The translations under genes and the position numbers were made by a program. From positions 192,001 through 256,000 of the forward strand of contig CAWHCF010000044.1 in assembly GCA_963827655.1 (NCBI GenBank): 64,000 nt of DNA. The letters run 5' to 3'. This stretch comes from an uncultured Acidobacteriota bacterium. Its GTDB lineage: Bacteria; Acidobacteriota; UBA6911. The notes beneath the pieces are model-generated. The model ran no database searches. It saw only the letters and a program-made list of their open reading frames with translations, and was not told the DNA's origin. Positions 29,095 to 39,644 of this stretch are shown here, piece by piece (the stretch's first letter is position 1; each line of letters starts with the position of its first letter).

Positions 29095-29628
29095 GTGATA
29101 TCCCACACTCTCGCAATCCTTCTTTGGATGGTGGCCCTTTCGGGCCCAGCGGACGGGACCCGGATCTGGCTCGACGTTCCATTCGTTGCGCAAACAGGAA
29201 ACGGCTGCGGCGCTGCTTGCGTGTCGATGGTGATGCGTTACTGGGCCCATCAACCAACCACCTCAGCGCCCGCCGGCGCCGATCCCGGCACGGTCATGTC
29301 CAACCTGTATTCCACCACGGGCGGCGGCATTCTCGCCTCGCAGATGAAGGAGTACTTCGAGAATCAAGGTTTCCGCACCTATGTCTTTGCCGCTGAGTGG
29401 AGTGACTTGAATCACCATCTGGCCAGAGGCCGTCCGGTTATTGTTTGCCTCAAAGAAGACACCCTCCACTACGTGGTCGTGGTCGGCATCGACCCGCACA
29501 ACGATACAGTGATTGTTAACGACCCAGCCAGACGAAAACTTACCCAGATCGATCGGCCGAGCTTTGAGAAGAGCTGGAATACCTGCAAAAACTGGACGCT
29601 TTTGGCCCTTCCGCCCTCGCGGGAGTAA
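29095..29628 (+). CDS. C39-like (PA2778-type) cysteine peptidase
   Basis: LDVPFVAQTGNGCGAACVSMV..YW, GRPVIV, HYVVVVG, VNDPA (Q/C/H/D). Confidence 0.88.
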   Translation: MISHTLAILLWMVALSGPADGTRIWLDVPFVAQTGNGCGAACVSMVMRYWAHQPTTSAPAGADPGTVMSNLYSTTGGGILASQMKEYFENQGFRTYVFAAEWSDLNHHLARGRPVIVCLKEDTLHYVVVVGIDPHNDTVIVNDPARRKLTQIDRPSFEKSWNTCKNWTLLALPPSRE

Positions 29629-31316
29629 CGGCGCTCGATTACTCCTCGGGTTTTTCACCGTTTCCTTCCATGCCTGGGACGGCCGGTCCCAGGACGCACG
29701 TCCCGGCACCGCCAATCCCTCTGAAAAAATAAGAATTCTCTTTGTCGAGAAAAAATGGGACGCCCTCCTTCAACTGGCGCCCGAAGGGGAGCATTATCCC
29801 CCCGACCTTGACTACTATCGAGGGATGGCGCTGGCTTCCCTGGAGCAATGGCAGGAAGCTGAACGATCCTTTCGGAAAGGCCAGATCAAGGCGCCCCACG
29901 ATAAGAGGTTTCCCCTCGAATTGGCCGGTATCGCTTTCAGGCAGGGAAACCGTTCGGAGGCGCGAACACTTGTGCAGGCAAGCCCTGCGCCTGGACCCAG
30001 ACGATTCTTATGCAAACGACTTCCTGGCCACGCTCTACTTCCTGTCGGGCAATGTGGAAGCCGCCCTCAAATACTGGAACCGGATTGGAAAACCTAACAT
30101 CGAAGAAATCCGCAGCGATCCGCATCCGCGCGTCAACCCGGTACTCCTCGATCGAGCCTTCGCGGCGGCGCCTGCAAGCCTCTTGCAATTGGATGATTTC
30201 CTTCGAACCAGGGACCGAATCGGCTCCCTCGAGATCTTCTCGCCCTATCGCCTCGAACTCGATCCCCGCCGGGATGGGAAGTTTGATCTGGTTTTTCGGC
30301 CTCATGAGAGAAATGGCTGGGGCTCAACCAGTACCGAAAGAATGCTCCACCTCGCGCGAGGAATACCGTATCAGACCCTGCATCTCGAGGTCTTCAATCT
30401 GAAGAGGTCTGCGGTTAATTCTATTTCTCTGATTCGCTGGGACGCGGAAAAGCGGCGGGCTTTTACTTCCCTGTCGGGACCTCTCGAAGGAGATCCAAAG
30501 TGGCGCTTTCGAATCCACCTCGATGGCAGAAGAGAGAATTGGGATTTATCCCAAAACATTCGGGAAGTGACTTTGCCGGCCACGGAATTCAATCTCCAGA
30601 AGCTGGAAGCCGGCGCCGAGCTTGGCTCCAGGACTAACGGGCGATGGGAATGGAGCAGCGCGGCTGAAGTATCCCACCGGCAGTTCATGAATCCTCCGGA
30701 GCAATCTACGCTGTTCACCGAGGGATTGGCATTGAAGTACCGGTTTCAGGTAAATGGCCGGATACTCGCGACTCCCGAGCGCCGGTTGACAATCGCACCC
30801 TTTGCCACCGCGGAGATGGCAAAAATCTTTGCCGCGTCCGGCAACACCTATTCCAAAATACAAGGCGGTCTCGGCTGGCGCTGGCACGCGCGTGCTCAGG
30901 GTGACGACTATCTCATGACCGGTCAATTTCGCGCCGGTAAGACTGCGGGCGAGCCCCCCTTCGATGAACTCTTCAACCTGGGTCTGGATCGTGACCAGGA
31001 GTTCTGGTTCCGTGGCCACCCAGGAACACACAACGGCAAGAAAGGGAGCGGACCGCTCGGGCGCGACTACCTGCTCGTGAATTTCGAGTTCGACAAAGAG
31101 ATTTACAACAATGGAATATGGAGACTCAGTTCAGGTCCCTTTCTCGACGCCGGGAAGGTCTATGATCGGCGCACAAGTTTTGGGTTCGAGAAATGGCTCT
31201 GCGATGCAGGGATTCAAGCGAAGATTCGTATACTGGGCGCTCTGACTGTCGTCTTCCTCTATGGAAAAGATCTTCGTTCCGGTGGAAATACCTTCTATTT
31301 CGATACCGCTCGATGA
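29625..31316 (+). CDS. TPR + probable outer-membrane beta-barrel protein, frameshift near 29970, start uncertain
   Basis: N-terminal TPRs (YYRGMAL, ELAGIAF, ANDFLATLY), a POTRA-like segment, and amphipathic strands ending GPFLDAG..DAGIQ..YGKDLRSG.NTFYF. Confidence 0.65.
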
Positions 31317-31468
31317 TTCATGAGAAAATTCTTGGTGTTTCTGGGTGTCTTCGAGTCTTCGTGGTATTTGTTTGACGGCTCTAACCACAAAGATACGAAG
31401 AAACACTGAGAGCACTTCTTTCGCCAGTTCCAGCTCAGCTGTTACACTCCAGCTGTCGCCGAGGAAAC

Positions 31469-32644
31469 ATGCCTACGTCATGCACCGCCGTTGTTGCCGG
31501 GCACATCTGTCTGGATATTATCCCGACCCTGGCCAGTGACCGTTTCGCCTTTTCACCGGGCCAGCTTCTGGAGGTAGGTCCGGCGATTCTAAGCACCGGC
31601 GGTCCTGTCTCCAACACCGGTCTTGCTTTGCATAAGCTGGGCATCCCGACACGATTGATGGGTAAAGTAGGGGATGACTTCTTTGGCCGGACCATTCAAA
31701 GAATCATTGAAAAGTACGGCGTCAACCTGACCGAAGGAATGATTGAAGTTCAGGGAGAAACCAGCTCTTACTCCATCATCCTGAGCTCTTCAGACGCAGA
31801 CCGCATGTTACTGCATTGCCCGGGTTGTAACGATACCTTCGGGTCGGACGACATAGACTACGAATCGGTGTCAGCAGCGCGGCTCTTTCACTTCGGCTAT
31901 CCGCCCGTGATGAAGCGGACCATCGAGAGCAACGGCGCCGAGTTGATCGAACTCTTCAGAAGGGCCAAAGCCACGGGAGTTACAACTTCGCTCGATATGT
32001 GTATGCCCGACCCGCAAGGCGTCTCGGGCCGAATTGACTGGCGCGCGGTCGTCTCCGCCACCCTGCCTCATGTCGACATTTATCTGCCCAGCCTGGAGGA
32101 AACGCTCTTCATGTTGTACCCGGAGAAGTTCCGCAATTTCTCCCTCACTTCCCTGACACCGGAACTGCTAAGCTCCGTTGGTCATGATCTCGTGTCGATG
32201 GGGCCGATGGTAGTTGGTCTGAAACTGGGGGCGCTAGGGTTTTACTTGCGAACCGCGGATGCGAAAGCCTGGAAATCACCAGGCCGCGCCGCCCCCGAAA
32301 ACCTTCAGCCGTGGCTGGGCCGCGAGCTATGGTCTCCCTGCTTTGACAGCGCCGTCGTCGGGACGACGGGTGCCGGTGATGCCACGATTGCCGGCTTCCT
32401 CGCGGCCCTGTTGCGAGGCCACGGCCCCGAGGAAAGCGTGACCCTGGCCTGCGCTGTAGGTGGCTGCAACGTAGAGGCCGCTGATGCGCTGAGCGGATTG
32501 CGAACCTGGGACGAGACTCAAGCGCGGGTCCGGGCTGGATGGTCTCGCAAGCGGCTGCCGCTGGATTCGAGCAGTTGGGAGTTTTGCAAGACCGCCGGCG
32601 TTTGGTACAGTCCACAGGACCGACGATTGACGATTGACGATTGA
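31469..32644 (+). CDS. PfkB/ribokinase-family carbohydrate kinase
   Basis: GGPVSNTGLAL.KLG, GKVGDD.FG, TTGAGDATIAGF. Confidence 0.9.
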   Translation: MPTSCTAVVAGHICLDIIPTLASDRFAFSPGQLLEVGPAILSTGGPVSNTGLALHKLGIPTRLMGKVGDDFFGRTIQRIIEKYGVNLTEGMIEVQGETSSYSIILSSSDADRMLLHCPGCNDTFGSDDIDYESVSAARLFHFGYPPVMKRTIESNGAELIELFRRAKATGVTTSLDMCMPDPQGVSGRIDWRAVVSATLPHVDIYLPSLEETLFMLYPEKFRNFSLTSLTPELLSSVGHDLVSMGPMVVGLKLGALGFYLRTADAKAWKSPGRAAPENLQPWLGRELWSPCFDSAVVGTTGAGDATIAGFLAALLRGHGPEESVTLACAVGGCNVEAADALSGLRTWDETQARVRAGWSRKRLPLDSSSWEFCKTAGVWYSPQDRRLTIDD

Positions 32645-32750
32645 CGATTGTCGATTGGAAGCGTCGCGAGGGCGCGGCGTATGAGTTCATGGTAATGGTA
32701 AATAGACCTCTTCATTCAATCGACAATCGTCAATCGTAAATCGTCAATCG
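32621..32750. repeat. Inverted pair of (GATTGAC)n heptamer arrays
   Basis: About 5 units GACGATT at 32621-32657 facing about 5 units CAATCGT at 32717-32750. Confidence 0.85.
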
Positions 32751-32765
32751 GGAGGGGGTTGAGTG

Positions 32766-33536
32766 ATGGCGCGCGCACAAGCAAGCCCACGTTTACTTTC
32801 GATCATGTCCCACCCCGACGATTCTGAAATGCTCGTCGGCGGAACTCTTTTTCATCTGAAGTCTAAAGGTTGGAAAATAGGAATTGCGACCATGACGGCC
32901 GGGGATTGCGGATCGAGCCTGCATTCGCGCGAAGAGATCTCCCGCATCCGGCTGGCCGAGGCGGCAGCGGCGGCCGAACACCTGGATGGTTGGTATTCCT
33001 GTGTCGGCCTGAATGACGTCGAAATCTTCGCTAACGCGGAAAATCTCCGCAGGGTCGTCGAGGTGATGCGGACGTTCGACCCGGATGTGGTTATCACCCA
33101 CTCTCCGGTCGACTACATGGTAGATCACGAGGAAACTTCACGCCTGGTCCGGTCCGCCGTCTTCGCCCTCGCCATACCCCTTTACCAGACGCGGGCGCCG
33201 GTGTCCCGCTCGACCCCTGCTCTCTATTATTCGGATCCGGTGGAGGGTATTGACCCGATGGGGAACAGGATTTATCCGCAGTTCTACGTCAATATCGAGT
33301 CTCAGATCGAGAACAAACGGCGCATCCTGAGTTGCCACGAATCGCAGCGCGATTGGTTGCGCCGTCACCACGGAATGGATGAGTATCTCGATCGCATGCT
33401 GGCGTGGGCGGAAAAGTTCGGGCGCGAAGCGGGATTTCGCTACGCGGAAGGGTTACGCCAGCATATGGGACATGGCTACCCGCACGAGCCGCTGTTGCAG
33501 ACGGAGTTAGGACCGCTGGCGTCGCACAGAGTGTAG
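32766..33536 (+). CDS. PIG-L/LmbE family deacetylase
   Basis: SHPDDSE, TAGDCGS, PDVVITH..DY.VDH, HESQ, YAEG. Confidence 0.9.
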   Translation: MARAQASPRLLSIMSHPDDSEMLVGGTLFHLKSKGWKIGIATMTAGDCGSSLHSREEISRIRLAEAAAAAEHLDGWYSCVGLNDVEIFANAENLRRVVEVMRTFDPDVVITHSPVDYMVDHEETSRLVRSAVFALAIPLYQTRAPVSRSTPALYYSDPVEGIDPMGNRIYPQFYVNIESQIENKRRILSCHESQRDWLRRHHGMDEYLDRMLAWAEKFGREAGFRYAEGLRQHMGHGYPHEPLLQTELGPLASHRV

Positions 33537-33580
33537 GAACTTCCCGTTTCTTCGCGTCCTCGCGCCGAGGTTGAGAAATC

Positions 33581-33662
33581 CGACACAGCCGGAGTGCCGG
33601 TCCTTCGGACCTCGTCTCAGGGGCCCTTTGAAAACCCCGCCCTGACGGGCCTTCGGCCCTGG
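33581..33662 (-). repeat. Internally deleted inverted copy of the 17.8-kb REP-like element
   Basis: 33581-33614 is the reverse complement of 17888-17921 (33/34). It ends in CGGGCCTTCGGCCCTGG, the reverse complement of 17821-17837. Confidence 0.8.
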
Positions 33663-33763
33663 GCGACCACAATAATTTATCCTTGCATCTTCCGGATTCC
33701 GGCAATATGGTCGTGCGATTCCCCCTAACTCGGACGCATCCCGTTCCTGGTAAGGAGCACGCC

Positions 33764-35291
33764 ATGAAGAAAGTACTCACGCACGTTTGGCGCTCGATCT
33801 TCATCGCCGCGGTCGTTTCCATTCTTAGTTGTTCGTCGGGTTCCCAGAAAGAGACAGACCTGAAATCCTCGGCGCCCGGTCCGACGATTGGTTCGAACTC
33901 CTCGACTGTTCCGGTGGATGTAAGCAATCCGACCAACCCATCGCAGAACGATTGGTTCAATCTTGCCTGGCAGACCTTCATCGCGATTAACTGGCCGGCC
34001 GTGGCGCCTACCCCCTCGACCAATCTGGGCCAGCCCGACACGACCAAGACCATCGGCGCGCAAGCGTCCAACGGTGCGATGATTCCCACCGTCTGGGTGA
34101 CCTACCGGGGTCTCAACACCACCATGCTCGCTCAGGGAAAGGATCCGGGGCCGTGGAACAGCGGCATGCCGCAGCCTCCCGCGGGCTGCGCCGCGGCTCC
34201 TCCCAATTCCGTCGCGCCGGGCTTCCAGCCAATCGTCCTTGACATGTACTCGAAATTCTCCAAGGCGCCTCTCAATCAGGACGACATCAATGAGGCGTTT
34301 GCGGGTCCGCTCGTCGACCAGATGGGGTGGTACGTGATCTATGACATCCGCCTGGACCAGTCCGAATACACCTACATCCAGCAAAACGGCTACTTCGACG
34401 CCGCCACGCAAATCAAGATCTATCAGGGAGGCGGCACAATTCAGCCTTTCCCGAGGACCGGCCAGGAGTCTTACTTCAAGACTCCGCTGCCCTCCTACGC
34501 CCAGTATGGCGCGCTGGAAATCAAGGCCGCATGGCGGGTGTTGAATCCGCAAAAGGACATCTTTTCGCGCTACTACACACAAACGGGCTACTTCATACAG
34601 CCGGACGGTACAACTTGCCAGGGCCCGGTGACTTTCGGGCTGGTGGGCCTTCACATTCTGCGCCTGACACCGACAACGCCCAGCACGTGGTTCTGGGCAA
34701 CGTTCGAGCAGGTGGACAACACCACGGTTCCGGCAGGCATCACGAGACCTGACGGAACTCCACTGACGCCGTCGTTCGCAGCTCCTAACACTCCCAACGG
34801 CAGCTGCACGAGCAGCTACAATGTGAAGCCCTCTCCGATCAGCGGCGAATATCCCATGGGGTCCTACCAACACGCCGGTCAACGTGTGTCAGGTCGTCTA
34901 TCCGTTGCCCGGCGACGTTTCGAACTCGAATAAGTTCTGGCAGGGGCAGCTTCAGGGGACGGTTTGGTCCTTCTACCAGCTCGACTACACGATAAACCCA
35001 ACAGTAAAGGGAGCGACTGGATTCACCTTCCCTCCCATCAAGGATCCCAGCAACACCGTGAACACGAATACGCTCTTCAACACCACGATGGAAACTTACT
35101 TTCAGGCTCAAGGGGCGAACTGCATGAACTGCCACGGCTCCGCGGCTCCGCAGGGGGCGCCCACGCCACTGACAGCCACCAACCAGATCTTCACCTTTCT
35201 GCTGCGTAATGCGGACAGTTCCGACCCCAGTCTGAAGCGCCAACGAGTCCCTCGGCTGTTCGACCAGTTCGCGCAGGCAAAGAGCAGATAG
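33764..35291 (+). CDS. Lipoprotein with C-terminal single CxxCH (uncharacterised cytochrome c-like), frameshift near 34847
   Basis: AAGGAG RBS; lipobox ILSC; AWQTFIAINWP, IKAAWR, LVGLHI, WFWATFEQVDN; second frame NTTMETY..NCMNCH. Confidence 0.75.
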
Positions 35292-35466
35292 GGTACCCGG
35301 TAGCGGCTTGACGCCGGCATGATGGCAGGCGCGAAGTGTTCCCGGACCCGGTTGCAGCCGGTCCGCCCTTTCTTGGCCGTCCCTGCCATCTTTGTGGTAA
35401 AACGGGGAACGGAAACGGGAACGTGTACGAGAAGGGAAGTTAGAGAGGGAGAAAGAGAAAAGCGAA

Positions 35467-36441
35467 ATGAAGGCGATGGTCGTGAACCAGTGGGGCGAAC
35501 CCCGTGACATGAAACTGGTAGAACTCCCGGATCCCCGCCCGGCGCCGGGTCAGGTTGCCATCGACGTGCGGGCGATTGGATGCAACTTCTTCGACATCCT
35601 CATGGTCCAGGGAAAGTACCAGGTCCGCCCCGCCTTTCCCTTCTCTCCGGGGAGCGAAGTCGCGGGCGTCATCCGGGAGGTTGGATCGGGAGCGGACGGC
35701 TTCGCCCCCGGGGATCGCGTCCTGGGCATGCTCGGCTGGGGTGGTTTTGCGAGTGTGGCGGTTGCGCCCAAGTCAGTGATTGTTCGAGTGCCGGAGTCGA
35801 TGTCATTCGACCACGCCGCCGCATTTCCGATCGTCTATCAGACCTCGTATTTCGGCCTGGTTTACCGGGCCCGTCTTCAGCCTGGCGAGACCCTGCTGGT
35901 TCATGCAGCCGCAGGCGGGGTCGGCCTCGCCGCCGTCCAGATCGGACGCGCGCTGGGCGCGCGCGTACTCGCGGCTGCCGGCTCTCCGCGGAAGCTCGAG
36001 ATCGCCGGCGAACATGGGGCTGGCGACACCATTGACTATAGCCAGCCGGGTTGGGACAAGCGAGTCATGGAATTGACTGAAGGCCGCGGCGCAGACGTTA
36101 TTTACGACCCCGTCGGCGGAGATATTTTCGATCTGTCCACCAAATGCATTGCCTTCGGAGGGCGGTTGCTGGTCGTGGGTTTCACGTCCGGACGCATCCC
36201 TTCGATTCAGGCCAACCGGATTCTGCTGAAAAACATCTCCATCGTGGGCCTGCATTGGGGCGCTTACCGCCAGCACGAACCAGCCTTGATTGACCGGACT
36301 TTCAAGGCTCTCTTCGATCTGTATGAGAAGGGCGGGATTCGACCTGTAATTTCTGCCAGCTACCCTCTTTCGGACGCCGCCACGGCGCTGGAGGAAATCG
36401 GATCGCGGCGCAGTTTTGGCAAAGTCGTGCTTCACCCGTGA
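35467..36441 (+). CDS. NADPH:quinone oxidoreductase (MDR/QOR family)
   Basis: PFSPGSEVAG, LVHAAAGGVG, YDPVGG, GKVVL. Confidence 0.92.
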   Translation: MKAMVVNQWGEPRDMKLVELPDPRPAPGQVAIDVRAIGCNFFDILMVQGKYQVRPAFPFSPGSEVAGVIREVGSGADGFAPGDRVLGMLGWGGFASVAVAPKSVIVRVPESMSFDHAAAFPIVYQTSYFGLVYRARLQPGETLLVHAAAGGVGLAAVQIGRALGARVLAAAGSPRKLEIAGEHGAGDTIDYSQPGWDKRVMELTEGRGADVIYDPVGGDIFDLSTKCIAFGGRLLVVGFTSGRIPSIQANRILLKNISIVGLHWGAYRQHEPALIDRTFKALFDLYEKGGIRPVISASYPLSDAATALEEIGSRRSFGKVVLHP

Positions 36442-36578
36442 CCACAGCCTTGCCTTTGAGCACCACGGCAGATAGCATGATCGCGTCGGTGGGACTGCGA
36501 AACTAACCACGAGACGTCACGAAGAAACACCAGGAATCGTTGCCCAGTAAAGCAAGGAAGCAATGAGCGACCCGATCG

Positions 36579-36980
36579 ATGCAGGCAACACTTGAATGGA
36601 CAGCGGGTCTTCGCTTCAACGCCGCCGCAGGTGAAAATAAATTGATCCTGGACGGCGACCGGAAAGAAGGCTGCTCTCCCATGGAAACGCTGATGCTGGC
36701 CCTGGCGGGGTGCATGGCGATCGATGTCGTCGACATCCTGGGCAAGATGCGGACATCCCTGCGCGCCGTTCGTGCTCGGATCAACGGGACTCGCGCCGAT
36801 AGCCCGCCCCGGCGCTTCACGCGGCTCGAACTTCACTTCGACATCGCCGGAGCCAGCGTCGATGAGGCGCAGGCCGAGCGCGCAATTGCGCTCTCCCGCG
36901 AAAAGTACTGCTCGGTGTGGCACTCGCTTCGTCAAGACATCGAGCTGAAGGTAACTTATCACCTGGAGAAATACCCATGA
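36579..36980 (+). CDS. OsmC family protein
   Basis: SPME..ALAGCMAIDV, LSREKYCSV. Confidence 0.9.
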   Translation: MQATLEWTAGLRFNAAAGENKLILDGDRKEGCSPMETLMLALAGCMAIDVVDILGKMRTSLRAVRARINGTRADSPPRRFTRLELHFDIAGASVDEAQAERAIALSREKYCSVWHSLRQDIELKVTYHLEKYP

Positions 36981-37612
36981 GCATCTTCCGCCAGCTGCCG
37001 CTTATTGCGCTCCTGTTATTCCCCCCGGCAACAAGCCCCAGCGCCTGGTCATCGCCGGATGAGAGCGAACCCGGCTTCGTCCCTCTATTCAACGGAAAAG
37101 ATCTCACCGGCTGGGAAGGCGATCGAACGCTGTGGCTGGTGGAAAACGGGATGATTGTGGGACGCTCTGCAGGCATCAAACACAACGACTTTTTCAACAC
37201 CACTCGTACCTTTGGCGATTTTGAGCTGCGTCTCTCGTTTCATCTGGTCGGAGGGAAAGGTAACAGCGGCATTCAATTCCGCAGCAAGAAAATACCAGGC
37301 CATGTCTCCGGGTATCAGGCCGACATCGGCGAGAAGTACTGGGGCTGCCTCTACGATGAAGCTCGGCGCAATAAGGTACTGGTGCAGGCCCCGGCCGAAT
37401 TAGACTCGGTCCTGAAGAAGGAAGGGTGGAACGACTACGTCATCCGCGCCCAGGGAGATCACATCCAGCTCTGGGTCAACGGACTCAGAACGGTTGATTA
37501 CCGCGAAACCGACCCTGCGATCGAGCGCAATGGAATCATTTCGCTGCAGCTCCATTCGGGAGGCCCACTCGAGGTCCAGTTCAAGAATCTACGGATCAAG
37601 GAACTGAAGTAG
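36977..37612 (+). CDS. DUF1080 (3-keto-disaccharide hydrolase) protein
   Basis: LFNGKDLTGW, GNSGIQFRS, GYQAD, WNDY.I, G.I.LQLH, FKNLRIK. Confidence 0.9.
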   Translation: MSIFRQLPLIALLLFPPATSPSAWSSPDESEPGFVPLFNGKDLTGWEGDRTLWLVENGMIVGRSAGIKHNDFFNTTRTFGDFELRLSFHLVGGKGNSGIQFRSKKIPGHVSGYQADIGEKYWGCLYDEARRNKVLVQAPAELDSVLKKEGWNDYVIRAQGDHIQLWVNGLRTVDYRETDPAIERNGIISLQLHSGGPLEVQFKNLRIKELK

Positions 37613-37688
37613 AATCTTCGGGGCCTTAGCGTTGGTTGCGTAAAGAAGCACTAACCCCAAAGACGCAAAGACACGAAGAAAGGGGGGG

Positions 37689-39272
37689 ATGTTGGCGGAT
37701 TTCAAAAACGAGCCGGTGCTGAATTTCACCGAAGCCTCGAATCGCAACGCCCAGCGGGAGGCGCTTGAACGAATCCAGAGTCGACTCGGGCGTGAATACG
37801 ACCTGATCATCGGCGCCGAGCGTCTGAAGTCGCCCCAGACCTTCACCTCGATCAACCCGGCCAGTAAGTCTGAGGTCATCGGCATCTTCCAGAGCGCCAC
37901 GCCCGAGCAAGCCAACCGCGCCGTCGAGTCCGCCTATGAAACCTTTCATTCCTGGAAAAAAGTCCCTGCCGAAGAGCGCGCCAATATTCTCTTCCGCACA
38001 GCCGACTTGCTGCGGAAGAAACGATTCGAAAACAATGCCTGGATGATCCTGGAAGTGGGTAAATCCTGGGCCGAAGCCGACGCCGACACCGCCGAGGCCA
38101 TCGATTTCTGCGAATTCTACGGGCGCGAGGCGCTTCGCTACGCTGGCCCTCAGCCGTTGACCCGCATACCGGGCGAAAAGAACGAGCTGAAGTATATTCC
38201 CCTTGGAGCAGGAGCCGTGATCCCGCCGTGGAATTTCCCCAGCGCCATCATGGTCGGTATGACCACAGCCGCCATTGTGACGGGAAATACGGTCGTCTTG
38301 AAACCTTCATCGGATTCACCGGCGGTCGCGGCTTTTTTTATGGAAATCCTGCAAGAGGCAGGACTCCCTCCGGGCGTGGTCAACTTTATCACCGGCGACG
38401 GTAAGACCGCGGGAAACACGCTGGTAGAGCATTCCAAGACTCGCTTCGTGGCTTTCACCGGATCGAAGGAAGTCGGACTGCGCATCACGGAAGAAGCCTC
38501 GCGTCCACGACCGGGCCAGGTCTGGATCAAGCGCGTCATTGCCGAAATGGGAGGCAAGGATTTCATCATCGTGGACGAGGACGCCGATCTTGAATCCGCC
38601 GTGGATGGCGTGCTGGCGAGCGCCTTTGGTTTTCAAGGACAGAAGTGCTCCGCGTGTTCGCGAGCCATCGTTCATGAACGAGTCTACCCGAGCTTTCTCG
38701 AGAAACTGGTCCAGAAAGCGAGGGACATCAAGGTCGGACCGACAACCGAGCCGACCAGCTACATGGGCCCCGTCATCAACGAACGCGCGCTCAGGAACAT
38801 CTTGAACTACGTCGAGATCGGCAAGCGAGAAGGCCAACTCCTGACCGGGGGACAAGCGCAGGCCGGGGACGGATTCTTCATGAACCCCACCGTCATCGGG
38901 GATGTAGATCCTAAAGCCCGGATCGCGCAGGAGGAAATCTTCGGTCCGGTGCTCGCCGTGATCCGGGCCCGAGATCTGGACCACGCCATACAGATCGCCA
39001 ACGACAGCGAATATGGCTTGACGGGATCAGTCTATTGCTCGAATCGCGAGCACATCGATCGAGCCAAAGAGGAGTGTCACGTCGGCAATCTTTATGTCAA
39101 CCGCAAGTGCACCGGCGCTCTCGTGGGAGTGCATCCCTTTGGAGGATTCAATATGAGCGGCACGGACTCCAAGGCCGGCGGCCGCGACTATCTCCTCCTG
39201 TTTACCCAGGCGAAGTCAATCTCGGAAGCGGTCAGTAACCCACCACTCACACAAGAACAAAAGCACCACTAA
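37689..39272 (+). CDS. pruA: L-glutamate gamma-semialdehyde (P5C) dehydrogenase
   Basis: FKNEP, EAIDFCEFY, IPPWNFP, AEMGGK, GFQGQKCSACSR, EEIFGP, PFGGFNMSGTDSKAGG.DYL. Confidence 0.92.
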   Translation: MLADFKNEPVLNFTEASNRNAQREALERIQSRLGREYDLIIGAERLKSPQTFTSINPASKSEVIGIFQSATPEQANRAVESAYETFHSWKKVPAEERANILFRTADLLRKKRFENNAWMILEVGKSWAEADADTAEAIDFCEFYGREALRYAGPQPLTRIPGEKNELKYIPLGAGAVIPPWNFPSAIMVGMTTAAIVTGNTVVLKPSSDSPAVAAFFMEILQEAGLPPGVVNFITGDGKTAGNTLVEHSKTRFVAFTGSKEVGLRITEEASRPRPGQVWIKRVIAEMGGKDFIIVDEDADLESAVDGVLASAFGFQGQKCSACSRAIVHERVYPSFLEKLVQKARDIKVGPTTEPTSYMGPVINERALRNILNYVEIGKREGQLLTGGQAQAGDGFFMNPTVIGDVDPKARIAQEEIFGPVLAVIRARDLDHAIQIANDSEYGLTGSVYCSNREHIDRAKEECHVGNLYVNRKCTGALVGVHPFGGFNMSGTDSKAGGRDYLLLFTQAKSISEAVSNPPLTQEQKHH

Positions 39273-39644
39273 GGCACGAAGACACAAAGAAACGCGCAGC
39301 CGCGATTAGCGGCATGGCTCGCCTTCGACGGCACCCATTACTCTCCTGCTTTTTCGCATAGTTTCTTCGTGTCTTTGTGTCCTGGCGGTTGGGCTTTCGC
39401 TATCCGCACTGAGCAGGCGAGAAAAAACATGAAACGCTTGGCCTGTTAACCGCACAAACCTCCAGAACGATAACCAGGTGCGGTCAGATTCCCAGGCCTG
39501 ATCGTATCTCACCTCTTTATTGGTGACGGTGAAACTCGGCGGTCTGTAGGAGCGTGGGATGAAACACTTCACGCTGACGGGTCCTGGTCATTTCTTTTAT
39601 CCGCAACAGTCTGTTCTACAACTAACGTCAAGAGGAGGGTCTCA

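Noticed and set aside
35402-35465. (ACGGGA)n and purine-rich tract as a distinct element
   Set aside because: Short, degenerate and single-copy here; noted only as low-complexity sequence.
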